Assembly (NCBI GenBank): GCA_050230475.1
Contig: JBFLGF010000160.1
Span: 1-64,000 of the forward strand
Reading direction: 5' to 3'
DNA: 64,000 bases
From: Ancylonema sp.
Taxonomy: Eukaryota
The notes under the pieces are model-generated. The model was not told the DNA's origin. It was given only the letters and a program-made list of their open reading frames with translations, and did not search any database. A program made the translations under genes and the position numbers. How positions within the stretch are numbered: the stretch's first letter is position 1; every line of letters starts with the position of its first letter. Of this stretch, positions 38,827-53,623 are shown one piece after another.

Positions 38827-39445
38827 CAGTGCTCCCTCGTTATAACGACCCTCGATATAACAACAACCTCGATATAACGTCAGTTTTTTGGAACTTTTTT
38901 AAAATCAATATGAAATCGCCCTCGATATAAGCATAACGACACTATATAATGACAAATTATTTCAGAAATTTGTTTTTGAATGTCGTTATACTGTGTGTAT
39001 AACGCTACTGCTCGCGGATAACGATGTATGGAAATCGAGAAAAATATAGAACGGCACCTCGAATTTTCTATATAGAATTCTATATAGGTCCAATAGAATG
39101 TGCGTGTCCGGTGTTGCTTTGTAACGACCTTAATACCTCCCCAACTCTCCTCGTGAAATTTTGTGTTATATTTTGTCCATCCACATGCATTGGTATCATG
39201 ACGCACTTGTATAGCTAGTATATACACACGCTGAATATAATAATCATGCCAAGGCAACTTACTCTAGAAAACACATAATAAATACATTTGCTTATTCACT
39301 TTGCTTCATTCGCAAAGTCCCTCGATACAACGACATAGATTTCAGATTCTAGTAGTAAATGTCGTTATAGAGAGTATAACGACACCTCGATATAACGACA
39401 CTTTTATGGGGGGGGGGGAAATGTCGTTATATCGAGGGAGCACTG
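38827..39445. mobile_element. Tigger/pogo-like (Tc1/mariner) MITE with TA TSD, ~0.8 kb upstream of the ACA start
   Basis: TA|CAGTGCTCCCTCGttataacgac ... gtcgttatatCGAGGGAGCACTG|TA. Confidence 0.9.
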
Positions 39446-40329
39446 TACCTCGTCCCGACCGCGTCCCGACCGCCACCGGATTGGGAAGGTGCTACCCGGG
39501 TGGGATGCGGATGGGCGGTTGGCAAAATGACGAAATGTAACGAGAAATTAGGAAATTTCAAAATATCAAATTCAAAAGTTGGGTCGAAAACAATACTACG
39601 TGAAGAAAACTTCAAGAACCACGTCAAAGCAAAATCGAACTGTCAAAGTTAGATGTCGGCGACATTAGTAGGGCTACTCTGCCCCTCATTCTTCCCTTCT
39701 CTATTCCTGGGCCCTTGCGATTCAAATCATCTATTGTTCGTCCTCTATTTCTTGTCTTCTTGAGTGCTTCTCCTCTCCTACTCTCCTCCACATACATTTG
39801 TGACGTCTTCTTTGGATATATCTTCGTCCCCTCCTCCAATGGGAGATGTGGAAGGAACAATGTTGTATTTACCGTAGTGCAATGATGATCGAGGAAACTC
39901 TCTCACGAGACTTTTGCACCACTGGCAGGTCCTTAACATACTGCAAACAACGGAGGGGTACAGGGGGGATCAGAAGGCGACTCATAAAATGGGCAGAATG
40001 GGTTTCCAATCAGGCTCACGGGAGGGGAACCAGAGTGTGTTGTGAGGACAGGGGCACCTTCCCACCTCGGGAAAATAATAATAATTTCAACATGCCAACC
40101 ATAACACCAAACACCGGACGCACTGCTCCCCTCCCTATATATTAACTCTCCTTCCCACCTTCCTCTCCTCCTTCGCCTTCCTACGCACACCCGTTGGGAT
40201 ACAAGTTCCGCTCCCAACTCAGGGGTGAGAGGGATGGGCAAGGAGAGGAAGGATCCGAGGTTGAACCTTTGACTGTTGATCTCTAAGAGGCCATTTTCGA
40301 GAAGCCTTCTCTCAACATCGACGAGGTCC

Positions 40330-41500
40330 GCCCTACCTTGTACACGTTGGTGAGTGCGGTCTACCTGTCGTAGACTTTCAATGAATTCGTCTTGTTAAAC
40401 TCTTGTTTCACTAGTATATGTAGGTAATGGCAGTGGGTTGGTCGTAGTAAAGTTTGTCCCACCTTTTATCTTTGGTTGATAAGGTGGTAAGAATGACGCA
40501 AGAGGTGTCGCTACCACGGTCGGAGCTCTCGATGGTCCTCCCACTCGTGTAGTAGGGTCGACAATTTTGGCGGTCCTCTCAACGCGCAGCACGGGTTTAA
40601 ATTTAATAGACCCGGTAGGAACACGTTCAAAGCGTCGTTGATCAGGTTCTAAAGTTATGGTTATTTTGTTAAGTACGATTTATTTATTTTTGTAAGGTTG
40701 CAGAAGTAGTGTCGTAAAGATGTTCAAGTAATTTGGTAGTAGAGTTATTGATACCTAGTTAGCAGTGGTAGCTTCTATAGTATGTGGTTGTTCTGGTTCA
40801 ATACTGGCGACAGCTGGTATAGTTGTGGTGTCGATAGTAACTATGTCTTGTCCACGTGGACCAAGTTGGGAATTGTCGACAACTGGTGTAGCTTCGTTAT
40901 CGACAGTTGCTACAACTTGCTCTACTAGTGTCTCTAGTTTGCATAACTTTCCTCTATTATATCGTAACCATTGCATACAATGTTCTTAAGTGGAAGAGAA
41001 CATTGAAGATGAAGATTGGTCGATGGTGGTAAAAAGCAAACAAAAGCAAAATCTGGTCAAGTTACCTTGGTAGATTTTAATTGATGGTATAATAAATATT
41101 TTCCGCTGTCGGATTGAAATATTGGAGATTGAGTCTCTGCTGGGATATAAAAAATGCATATCAAACGTCTCGGCGCTCACGTGTAACACAGTACTGAACG
41201 CCAAGGGCGAGCCGACAACTACACTACTTCACCAAAGTCTTGTAAAAATAAAGTAGGGTAAACAAAGTAATCTCGTGCAGACTACTGAGGTGGACAACCG
41301 TAAGAGTTACTTTCAGTGCGAAAGTACAAGGGTAGATCGAATACAAGCGCTGGCTCGGTGTGAGCGGCAGCGAGCACTTCTAATACACCAATTATTGTCT
41401 CGGTACGAGCGTCAACAAATTGAAGGGATTTCACACTTAACTGTTGGCTCAACCAAAGGGAAAGTACCAACAGCCACCAACGAGTAATGATTAATCAACC
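40330..41500 (-). mobile_element. Ty3/gypsy relic: gag start plus upstream leader/LTR-like sequence
   Basis: Minus strand reads NPLPLPTYTSETRV*QDEFIESLRQ, homologous to the gag at 400. 41100-41340 aligns with 53525-53620 joined to 60190-60340. Confidence 0.6.
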
Positions 41501-42571
41501 GACCAACCAACCAACCAACTCATTGATTGGACAAGAGGACGAGACGTTGGATAGAGAAAATAATGTAGCAAGGACTCTTCAGCGTGAGATAACGTGGGAT
41601 GGACTTATTGACTCTATTGCATTCCAAAATCACGTTCACTCATCATAAGACACAGCATACCAATATGAGATTGTGGGGTAGCCCACTTTGCTCTCACTAC
41701 TTGCACAACAACTTTGTTGTGAGCTCAACTGTGATCAACAGCGTCGTTGGGGAAAACGATATCCGGACACTAACAGCGATAACAAATTATTACATAGCGA
41801 GTGTTCATTTGACTCCAGACACTATTGAGGTGGAAGAAAAATCCATCTAAGTCCATCTAACACCGGAGAATGATGTCCCCACATCAGCAAACACGCAACG
41901 TTCAACATGAAGTGCACCTCCTTGCAGGTGAGAGACACGCCCAATGAAACGGCGTTTCGTACATTATACCTAACTCAAAATATTGCGCACGAGAAAACAC
42001 TCTCGTAGCTCCCAAGAGTGGTAGGCGCACCCGGGGGGGGCGTGTACATAGATGGAGGGGTCTATCCTTTCACGCCCCCTCCAAACACAAATTGCACAAG
42101 TCAATGTTAAAAAGGCAACTGGAAGCAAACATACCACATCACATGGTGTGTGTGGCGAGTTCTTTGACAATATATTGCACCCCGAGAGTCCAAAAATGAC
42201 GGCGCGCATCGTACTCTTTTTCACATAGTTCGGATGCAAAAGTGACGCGCTTGGGAGTGACAATAGGTAGTAGTGCATCCGCGTACAAAGTTTATCTACG
42301 TCAATATTGTTGAAATAATTCCTTTGGCAACAGACTAGCAAGAGACATCATTCAATATCACCGTTTACAAAACAAGAGGGATGGATGGAAGTATGGACGT
42401 CCACAACTTTTTCACAAACAACGGATTCTGATAAAACCTCGTGACCGGAAGAGATTTCGCGTGAAGACAAACTTTAAGACACGACCAACACTTGACAAGG
42501 ACAAACCTTGAGTTCGACTCGAGAGAAAATAACTCGGAGCGCTCCCCCAACCCCATTTTTTTCGCCCTCAC

Positions 42572-45500
42572 CCTAGAGGCGAGCAGCCAAATGTCTCCCA
42601 TGGCTATTCTTTCCACGTACCGAGGTCTGCACAGTGTTGGAGGAAAGGGGACGGATGGGGAGGGGGAATAAATAACATTTTGGAGCTTGTGTTCCATAGA
42701 ACGGAAAAAAGAATGGGTTGCAAAAAATCAACAACAACAAAACGAAAATCAAAAAAATAAAAAATAAAACCCCTTGTAAAAAAAAAAACAATAACAAAAA
42801 CAAAAACAAAAACAAAAAAAACAAAAAAAAACTTCCCAAGTGGATTCCTGTTAGAAAATATCGGTATATCCCCCCCCTCCCCCCCCAAATCCCCCCCCCA
42901 CCTCAAATACTCCTCCCTCTCATCCTCCCCTATAAGCTTTTGAGTGATTAGACTTGCCGGACTAATTTGGTGGGCGACAAAACGAACCGTACGCAAAAGG
43001 ATCTCTATCACTGATGATCAACGAGACAGGAGTTGCGTGTGTGGAACGAATTATTATTGTGATTGCATCGGGGATGGTAATACCCGATGCGCTTTACAGA
43101 GTGGTGCGTGCCGACGGTCGGCACAATTGACCGTCGGACTATCATAGACTGACAGCTCTTCTAAATGTCAACGGCACATGCCGGACATTTCTGACACGAC
43201 AAAACTAGCCAGTCACGACGCTTCGACCAAATAACGTCTCTAAGCGTCGGAAACATGTCAGGTGCCCCCGGGCACAAAAACTTGCCCGGCCCCGCACATA
43301 CAGGCACACATCTAGAATATTGCTCCCGGGGTGTTAGAGTAACCGGTGTCACACCTGGACTAGCACGCATAACATATGGCTATCCAAAATATATATTCAA
43401 ACACACCCCCTCGGATGCCATGCTAAAGTTGGCATAGATGCAGACATCAAAAGGAGTACCCAAGTCATTGCCAAAACAGGCAGAACCATCACATAACATA
43501 TAAAACAGTTTTGGTCTTTCCTAGCATACAAGCGTGCTAGGGGTTTCTTCAATAACTGCAGCCGTTCGGAAGACGATCGGAAGACGATCGGAAGCCGATC
43601 GAACTCCAGAAGACGATCGCTCCAGATCCTTAGTCGTTTCGGGCCGGAGCCCTGAACATACAAACAACAAATGCCTCAAGTTAGGCGAAAAACAAAAAAA
43701 CTTATGAAAATATTTTTTGATTTCTTAACTTTTTCAACTTCACGATTCTGACACTTTCCAGTCAGAATCTCAAAGCATAACCAAAATTACAAGTCCTATC
43801 AGCACCAACTTTTGACACAAGTTTAACAATGATTAGGACATATACGAAAATAGAACAAATTGACAAGTTTAAAGTTGAATTCACACTCTTTCTGATTTCA
43901 AAGTTTCAGCGTTTTCAAGTGTCTTTTCATAAGGTGAAAGTGTGACTTAGCTGGATCAGCTGAAGTTGGTGTACCCTCCCCTACCCTCCCCATTACTTCT
44001 GCCTGAAAAGAAACACAACAACACCCCCCCTGCCAACATGCATGGCATTCGAAACCTTGGATCATAAAAATAAAAGAACACTACTGACACCCCCAGTTCA
44101 GTATAACCGTCCAAAACCTACTTTTGCTGTGTCTGTCCAGTAGTAAAACTTGGGGTAGAGCTTTCTTTAGTTAGCATATCTGCTGGTTGATTTGCGCCTG
44201 CGCAAGATACACATATTTTAGTCTCCCCGTGCTGTGGCATTCCCGTACCCCAGTGATATACCACATTAAAATGTTTTGCGCTTTCTGTCTTTGCACAGGA
44301 TTCTGGATCATGGAGAGAGGAGCTGAGGTTGAGTCAGTGTGGATGTTATTTGGTGTGGGAATTTGAGTTCTTTCAAGAGAGACTTTAGATAACAGCATTC
44401 TTTAGACACACTACAGGCAGCCAATATACTCAGCCTCAGCAGTGCTCTGTGCAACAGTTGACTGTTTTTCTGTGATTCCAACTCAGTGCTGTCCCCCCAA
44501 CCGTGGTTACCCATCCTGTGACTTGAACTTCCCTGTCATGCTACAACTGGTTCCAATGATGCATCGCAGTAACCCCTTTACTTCAAATGTGTCTTTTCCC
44601 ACAAACGTCAGTCCGTGGTTGACAGTTCCCCTTCAAAGTATCTGAAATAGTTGATGTAAACGCCCTTATGTGTGCGACCCCAGGATTTCCCATGTGTTTA
44701 GCCAGTACCCCAAGTGCATACCCGATGTCCAGTCTGGTTTGTTTCATGGCATATATGAGAGATCCCACTTTCCAAAGTCAGTCTGTTATTTCTTCAGGGG
44801 TAGGGGGAGAGTTGGTTCAGCATTCTGTGTAAATTGAGTTCCAGGGGCGAGGGGGAGTTTAGTTGGATTACACTCATGCATCCCATAGCGTTCGAGCACT
44901 CCCCTTATGAATCCTGACTGTCCCAGTGTGAGCAGTCTTCTCTGTCTATCCTTCTTCACTTCCACCCCCAGGAGATGGGTTAGGGGACCCAGATCCTTGA
45001 CTTTGAACTTTTTACCCATATCTTCTTTAAAAGTTTTGACTTTAGGACCTGTGATCACCCTGATCATCTACATGTATGCCCAGTATGATTCTGCTCTTTC
45101 TGCGTCCCCCCTCATATATATACATGTGTCCATGATGTTGTTACGCACTGTTTAAACCCTTGAGATATCATAAATTTTCTGAACATCTCCTGCCACACGT
45201 GGCTACTCTGCTTTAGACCGTATAAAGCCCCCTTAAGTCGTAAGACCTTTCCCTCAGACCCCCATTGATATACATACGTGGTGGTATTTTCATGTAAACT
45301 TCTTCCTCCAGACGTCTATGCAGGAACGCTGTGATTACGTCCATCTGTTCCAGTTCCCAGTCATATTGGTTTGCTATAGAGAGGAGTAGGGTGATGATGT
45401 ATTACTGGTGCAAATACTTCATTATAGTCAATACCCTCTTGCTGTAAGAATCGCTGTCCCTGTGCGACCAGTCTGACTTTATATCTTTCAATATCCCCCT

Positions 45501-48500
45501 GTGGTGTTGTTTTGACCTTAAACACATATCTGCACCCCACAGCCTTTTTACCTGGAGGAAGCACACACACCTCAAAGGTGTAACGTCTCCAGGGCTGCTA
45601 ACTCCTCTCCACAATGGCCCTGTCCCACTGGTCCCAGTCTCGCCTCATCATCGCATGGTTGAGTGAGTGGCTCGGAGGAGTTGCTGTTAGATGCTACGCA
45701 CGCGTAGCCCGGATCCACAGGACCGTTGAAGCCAGTGTAGAAACTGCTGGGCTCCCACTCAGTCGCTTAGTTGGCGTGTGCGAGCTGCGTCCATCAAACT
45801 CCTCCCCATCACATCACATGAGGTCCCCGTACTCTGCAAAGTTGGCTCGCCTTCTAGCCATCACCCGATCAGCTACGCTGCCAGGCTCCCCCACTTCTGG
45901 GTTCGCACCCCCTCCTTGCACCTCCTCCTCCCTGCATCTCCACCTCCTGCGTTGTTGATCCCTGATTGGCTGTCAGACAGCACAATCGTGGCGTTAGGGA
46001 CCTCAGCAGCTTGTGGCTGGAAGTTGTCGTGCGGATAGTCGATGGCAGCTGCCTGGCTCAGGGACTGCTGCTTCTGCTGGTGCTGGGATTGGCTGCAAAA
46101 AACTGCTGGCATCGGTTGCAGAACTGCTGCTGCCGGCATGTTGGGGTGGACTGCTGCTGCTGGCATGTTGGGGTGGACTGCTGCTGCTGGCACAACTGCT
46201 GCAGCCTGGTTCATCTTCAGGGGTCCGGGAAAAAGGTAGAAAAAGTGTTTTTCTGCTGCCTCCTGAATCTGGGGAGCTCTCCCCCCCATCAGCTTCGGGT
46301 ACCCCGGCACCTCCTCAAAGAACCTCACGTCCATGCGTGATATCACCCCAGCTCTATGGGGATCGAAAACATTGTAGCCTGCACTCCCCGCAGCCATCCC
46401 CAGAAACACACCAAAGCAAGTACGAGGGGCAAACTTGTCCCCTTGACTGTTCTTTTCCCCCCAACCTTCAGATATGACCAGACACCCGAAATTATGACTT
46501 TTGTTAACTGTCATTCTTCCCCTCCCAGACCTCAATTGGAATTTTCAAAGCGACTTTGGGTGTTCTGTTCCTCAACCAATTTGCATGTAATAATGCCACA
46601 TCCCAATAATACTTCGGTAGACCTGACCAGATTAAGATGCATCGCATTTTTTCTGTCAATGTTCAATTCAGTCTTTCACAGATTCCGTTTTGTTCAGGAC
46701 TATATGCTTCTGTGGTTTGCTTATCAATACCCTTCCCCCCACAGTAGTTTATCCAGTCCTGAGAATACTCCCCTCCCTTATGTGTCCGTATAGACTGTAG
46801 GGGCAAACCTGACTATACCTCGAGCAATTGTATAGTGACTCTTGCTCGGTTCAGTGCTTCATCCTTTGTTTTTAACAAGCTGACAAATGACAGACGTGTG
46901 GATACCTCTATCCCTGTCTGAGCATATGTATACCCTCCGTTAGCTGACCTGACAGACAGTGGTCCAATGAGATCCAGGTGGATGCGACCCATCTTGGGGC
47001 ATGTCCCCAGATCCGCACTGACCTTAGCATGACTGAGCTGAGTCATCTTCCCCTGACAAACAAACCTGACATCCCTTTACTTCAGTTAATTCCCCCTGAC
47101 TTAACTCTGGGATGTCCACCACGTCTGGCGAAATCTGACATCACATCAGAACTGGGGTGACCCAATTTGTGATGCCAGACCATGCCTGTGGACAAATTTG
47201 CTGTAGTATCATGAGATCCAGGCATAACGATTGTGGCAGCAAGCAGAGTCAGACACTAGGCTGCTGCAGCACATCAGCCCATTTCACATTTCCCTTGTTT
47301 AAAATTCAGGACCGGGCAGCTGTAGAAAGCTCAGCCCACCTCTTCTGACGAGGCCCGATGTCGACACGAGGGTGCAGGCAAAGGTTGGGCCGTGGATCGA
47401 GCTGAGTGGCTGCACAAAGAAAGCGTCGCCATTCCTCACTCGGATGTGCACGAGACCAGTGCCCTCCACCTTGTGTGACGAGCCGTCAGCAGTGGTGATG
47501 AAGGCCTGCTGCGTGCTCAGGGTAGGTGTGTACTCCACAAAATGTTCACGAGCCGTGAAAATGTGGTCGGTAGCACCTGAATCCAGGATCAGGGAGTCTG
47601 AGTGAGGACCAGCAGACAATGCCCGGGCAACCTCGAACGAGAAAGCACCGAAAGCTAACTAATCCACATTAGCGTTGAAAGGTTTGTCAGCAAAGCGAGC
47701 AAGTCTAGCTTGTGCATCAGCCCTCCTAGCAGCCTCTGGGTTCATTAGAGCCATGTCAGATGTTCTTTTTCTGCAATGTTCAATTGTGTGACAGACAATG
47801 TTGCAATATCTGCACTTCTGCCTCCCCCCTGAACTTCCCTGAGTAGCGTGCGCAACATTTCCAGCTGCTGGTGACGGCGTAGGGCATTGAGCAGCTCGGT
47901 GGCCTGCCTGGTGGCACGTGACATTTCCATGAGCTCCCGCATGGCCTCCGCCAGGAGCTGGTGAAGGGCAGTTCGCTCTGATGTGCCCGAATTTGTGGCA
48001 GCCGAAGCATTCGACGCCTGCAGCGTCTCTGCGACCAGCTCCAGTCGCACCACCAGATCTGCTGCTACCTCCAGCTCCATTCCCCCCCCCAGGTCCACCC
48101 ATAGTGCGCCTGGTGTCCTCCGGGCAGCGCCTCCCTTTTTCGATCGTTCAGCTCTTTCCGCACGTCGTCGCGAGCAGCGCACTCACGATGTGTGGAATCG
48201 TGAAGAGGTGTGGCGACGACTCGGACCATGGCATCAGCGTTGAAACCATCGGACTGTAATGCGTGTTCAACGAATTCAGCACGTTGATCGCCTCCTTCGT
48301 CGGAGATACTGGCGCCCCAAATTCTTAAGGTCCTGAATGCAGCTGCTGCAGACGACGCTTGACGTACACGTTGTGGAGGTCCTCTGCCTCCGTCTGAATG
48401 ATAGCGCTCAGCAATGCCTCCGTATTTGCGATCTCGATCGCACCCTGCACCTGGTAGAATGTCCGCAGAGCATCGCACATGCCGGCAGCTGTTGTGCAGT

Positions 48501-51413
48501 CCGTGACGTGCGTCAGCGCCGATGGCCCCAGGTGCTTCACGATGTAAGACATAGCAGCCAGATTGTCCTCGTCCCATTTCTCGAGCTCCAGAAGCTGCTG
48601 GGAAATCTGCTGTTGTCTGACCAACACTTCGACATCCACGTCGATCCCCCTGGCGGCTAAGTGCAGCTCGTTATCAGGTGTGAGTGGAAGGATCACGTCT
48701 GCGCGACACTTTCGCGGCAAACTGTCCCAGTCCATCACCACACGGTGCAGTTTCTTGTCCGCCAGCCCATATTTGACCTTGAAGGCCCATCCTGTATAAT
48801 CAGCTCCAGTAAATTGAGGGATTTGCGACCTATCCGACATTATGGCAGCTATTGTGTAGGACTTCTCAAAAAATTCTCGCACAGCTCGAGTTCTCAGTGC
48901 AATTCCTGCATGCGCACTCAGCTCAGAAACTTGCAGCGCAATATCAGAATTACGTGCAGACCCGAACAACCAGAATATATTTGCGCTCACTGAGAATCCG
49001 TTCACAGAGTTACCGCAGCGAAATAGCGTGGAGCCTTTAGTTTTTAACCTACACGGCGTCTGAACTAGACTGCACGTGGGCCCATAACCTATAAGCTTTT
49101 GAGTGATTAGACTTGCCGGAACTAATTTGGTGGGCGACAAAACGACCCGTACGCAAAAGGATCTCGATCACTGATGATCAACGAGACAGGAGTTGCGTGT
49201 GTGGAACGAATTATTATTGTGATTGCATCGGGGATGGTAATCGGGGATGCGCTTTACAGATTGTTGCGTGCCGACGGTCGGCAACAATTGACCGTCGGCC
49301 TATCCATAGACTGACAGCTCTTCTAAATGTCAACGGCACCACTGCCGGACATTTCTGACACGACTATAAACAAGCCACACAGTCACGACGCTTCGACCAA
49401 ATAACGTCTCTAAGCAGCGTCGGAAACATGTCAGGTGCCCGGGCACAAACTTGCCCGGCCCCGCATACAGGCAGGCACATCTAGATAGAATATTGCTCCC
49501 TCCCGGTTAGAGTAACCGGTCGGTCACTACTGGACTAGCACGCATAACATATGGCTATCCAAAATATTCTAAACACCACTCCCCATCCTCGCCTCCTTCC
49601 TCCCCCACCCTCCTCCGCACCCCCCCCCCCCTCCTCCCAGACCCCCTCACATCCCCCGGCAGGAGCGGCAAAAACCCCAAAAACCCCAAAATCCGCCTCA
49701 AAATCATCCCCCTCGACCCCCCCCTGAACAGAACCGCCTCATAACGGGGGACCGCCCGGCGAGCCGTGCCCCATATGGGTAACGCCTCGATTGCCCCACC
49801 CCCCCCCGCCCCCGCCCCCGCCCCACCCCCGCCCCTACGCAGCCCCCTCCTCCCCCTCTGCCACCTCTTTGCTCGCCCCAGCCGCGTATCCCCACCCTCC
49901 CCAACCCCCGCCCCCTCTGTTGGTGGAGAACCCCCCCCCCCCCCCCCTCTGCAACTTCCCCCCCCTTGTCCGCCCCCGCCCCCCCCCCAGCCCCCCTTCC
50001 GGCTCAAAGCGGCTCAAACAGCCATCTACGAATTTTCTCCACCCAGGGGCGGTTTTCGGATAAGGAGCGCCATTTCTGGGACCGGGGCGGGGGGGGGGGG
50101 GGGGGGGGGGCGGTTAACTCCTTTATTTTATTATTTTATTTTATTTTACGTGGCTGTATGTCGTCGGGGGAAACCTGGTAGAGGAAACTTTGTCATACAA
50201 AGACACGCTGAAAAAAATAAATAATTTATTTAGGTGAGTTTTGGATTGCAAAACCAACAAAAAATCAAAAAAAATAAAAACGCTTGTTTCGATCTGCCAA
50301 TACAAGATGTGGTGCACATGGAAAACAAATAATAACAAAATAATCATTTTTAGTAACATTCATCTCTCTTTTCTTGTTTTTTTTTTCCTTTTCTTTTGAT
50401 ATCGAGGGGGACTAAACCGTAGACACACCCCCCCCCTTCATTACTTTTGATGACCATGCTTTTGGTTGAGTGAGTGTTCCCGTGGCCTGACGCAAAAACG
50501 CTTCCAGGGCGGTGGACTGAAGGAAGTCGAATTTGGGTCTGAACAGAAACCCCTCCTCCCTCTCCGTGGTGTAACCGCGGCTGGACACAAATGCGGGTAC
50601 CGAATGCGGTTATCGAATGCGGTTTAGGAGAAAATCTGGTTATCAAACTCGGTCATCGAATCCGGTTTTTAAATGCGGTCATCTAATCCGTTTTGGACAT
50701 GGCATTCGGGGCTGAGGAAAAATTGGGGTTGTGAGCACTGGTCGGCTCGACAGACCACATGTGCGCAAAGACAAGGTTATAGTTACGGGTTACGTATGTA
50801 AGAGTAACTTGAAACATGTATACATGCATGTGTTTGTGCATGTGTGAATGCATACAGGTTTGCTTGTTTCTGGTATGTAAATCGTACCAGAAAATAATGA
50901 GCATACTCCCAAAAAAAAATCTACATGCATATGCATGTGCATGTGATTACACAAAGTACAGTTGTATTGCAAATATATATGCTTACGTTTCTGCGCACAC
51001 AAGTTCATTTGTATATTTATGCATACGTACACGATTGCATACGTCTATAAATGTAGACACCTGTATGTACATGTACACATCTAACATACGCGTAAAATGA
51101 CCCCCCCCCCCAGTTTCTCACTGAAAGATAACCGCATTCGTGTTTGCCGCCTTCTCCCAGTCCACGTCAATGGGAAGGGTGAGAAGGTAATCCGAGTTGA
51201 GGGCCGCGGTGAGATGCAGGTCTCTCCCAGACAGCCCCTCAAACTGTGCGCTCAGTAAGAGGCGGAGGAAGTTGGACTCGAATCGAGCACTGGCCATTTC
51301 GATCCTGGGGGGGAGAGAAGAATCGGTACATCGCGAAACGATGACGTCGTCGGGGTCAGGGTGCCACGTGGCAGAACGGGCATGTAGGGTGGAGGCTCTG
51401 TGGAGACACAACT
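42572..51413 (-). pseudogene. DUF3754-family gene fragment interrupted by a Copia element
   Basis: Exon peptides FESNFLRLLLSAQFEGLSGRDLHLTAALNSDYLLTLPIDVDWEKAANTNAVIF (51413-~51122), RGYTTERE..FLFRPKFDFLQ (~50580-50445), LPIWGTARRAVPRYEAVL (~49790-49580), EREEYLR|PRYVERIAMGDIW (42930-42572) match the plant DUF3754 family as recalled. No 5' or 3' exons found in the window. Confidence 0.75.
42931..49575 (-). mobile_element. Full-length but frameshifted Ty1/copia element with half-tRNAiMet PBS
   Basis: LTRs 49575-49090 and 43403-42931; PBS GGTTATGGGCCCA at 49089-49077; PPT GAGGGGGTG. Gag MSDRSQIPQFTGADY with knuckles, protease LDSGATDH, integrase [19 protein letters not shown] and RNase H in Copia order. 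Confidence 0.95.
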
Positions 51414-51692
51414 CTGTGTAGGGGAACCCTTTTTAAAGGCACAAAAAAGTTGTGGCAAGCTGAGGCCCTGAAACTGATACAAACTTATATTTACTTTATA
51501 GGCACACCTGTGTATGAAGGTGCCAGAATATTCCAAACAAAAATAAACATTTGTTTGAAGAGGTTGGACTCTCCCCTCTCCCAAAGCTGCATTTTCTCTA
51601 TACCCGAAATCGGTACTTCACAAAGCAACACTCCTTCCCCTCCCCTCCCCCACTTACTCCTTTCTTTCTTCCTCCACCCTCCTCCTTGCCTC

Positions 51693-52610
51693 TGTATGAA
51701 TTATATCGGATAGCCATGCGTGCTAGTGTGCTAGTCCGGACTACCGGTTAGCGTAACCGGTAGGAGTCCTAGGGTGTGCTTATATTGAGGGGCCGGATTT
51801 TTGTCCGGGCACCCGATTATGACGTTTCGATGGTGCCGTTTGTGGCACGTGTGGTCGAGATGTTTCCGGCTCTAGACGTTATGTCTTGTCAGACTGTCCG
51901 GCATGTGCCGTTGACATGCTCTGATTGTTGTTGTGTTTTGATAGGCCGACGGTCCGCAGATACGACCGTCGGCACACTTTGTAGATTCTTGTTTTGGACG
52001 AGGCATCGTGGTATACCTTACACGATAATTTCTTCCAACACAATACTTGTCATTTAATTATAATTCTTCCAACACAATACTTGTCATTGATCATCTCTGA
52101 GAGACGAAGTTCCTTGTACGGAAAGATTCACACGATCTTGCACACCTATCACGTAATATCGCTAAAAGGTTATGGGCCCACAGGCGGTCTAGTTAAAGAC
52201 GCTCTGTCAATAACTACAGGCATTCCACGCGATTCGCTGCTAAGAGACTCTAAGGGTGGGGTTATTAAGTACTGCACGTAATCTTTCGAATTGCGTTGCC
52301 AGTGACCTGCACGAAACACGTTGAAGGAAGCAGCTGAGAGCTGATCATAATATATATAGCTGCTGCCTAAAATGACGGAAAAGTCATACATTCCGGTCTT
52401 CACAGGAGCAGACTACAAGAGCTGGGCTTTCAAAATAAAGTTCGGTCTAGCTGACAAGGAGTTGCATGACATTGTCATGGATTGGGGCGAATCCCCGAGG
52501 CAAGCGAAACCTGTCGTGTCTCCACGCAGGGATGCTGCGGACGTCGCTTGAACGGTCACGGCACGCACCCAACTCATCGGTCGACAGACTCTCGTTCGAG
52601 AGGCCTGGGT
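51693..52610 (+). mobile_element. Truncated Copia copy (LTR 51693-52167, PBS, gag start); same family as 53624-60186
   Basis: LTR similar to 53640-54080; ctaaaa|GGTTATGGGCCCA; ATGACGGAAAAGTCATACATT gag start at 52372 with internal deletions. Confidence 0.9.
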
Positions 52611-52763
52611 CGCCTCACCTTTTTACAATTCCTCACATCGTGATTGCGCTGGGTAATTATGTGGTGGTGGTATGTCACCTTGAGGTGAGTCAAGTAACAA
52701 ATAGCGTCGTCGTGGGCAGTTGGTCATTGTATGTTATGTTTGTCCACATAAATAACATCGTAA

Positions 52764-53345
52764 TTATTTTTGAATGACATCGTATGGTTCCACAAAATCA
52801 AGTATGTTTGGTGCCTGATGTGAAGCAGACTCGAGTGGTGTCGAGGTACATGAAGGTGAAAGGTCTCGGTTATCAATGGAATACCCCAGGTTATGTTCGA
52901 TCTTCGTGACTGTTGTAGTCGTTCGAAGCCTTGTCATGAGTTTTTTCAACACTCGTTCAAGTTGTTTATAAAAAAATTGAACAGATCCTACAGAAATGTC
53001 CGACTGAGGTGCCATAACTGTGTAAGCTGATGGATCAACTTCTTCAATATTAGTCTGCGCGTATCGTGTGAAAGACAATGTAGCTTTCCACACCTCCTCT
53101 GCTTGAAGCAACTGAATGGTGAGATGACGAGGAATATGCTCCTGCCACTCCTGCTTCCTGTATGTTTGTAACATCTGGACGTGCGCCAATGTTTGTTCCC
53201 ACATATGAGGTGGTAATAGGTGTACCATTTGGTTTTGTTCCTCAATTTGACTTTGAATGAGTCCTAGTTTGCAAAATCGAAAATCTTGTCCCACATCTGT
53301 CGTTATGGAAAGCACATCTTTCTCTGATGTTAAGTTGTTCAACAT
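52764..53345 (-). other. 193-aa ORF of unknown function adjoining a gypsy-type leader/LTR-like region
   Basis: Uninterrupted ORF directly downstream (minus sense) of the sequence homologous to 41100-41340. No motif recognised. Confidence 0.35.
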
Positions 53346-53623
53346 GTATTCAATTTTTTATGCTCTTTCAACCCAATGTCCATGATTATAAACGTCTATG
53401 ATTGAATTGTGATATGAAAAGTGTATATCGTCAATGAAATAGTAACTAGGAAAGACAAAGGATGTTCAAGAAAAAAAAAAAACGGTCACAATGTTTGTTC
53501 CAAACGTTTAGTTATTGAAATCAAGGTCTTCCGCTGTCAGATTGAAGTAGTATTGCAGATTGAGTCTTTGCTGAGATATCAATATTATATCTATCACACG
53601 TCTCACCGGTCTGGTGAAATTCA

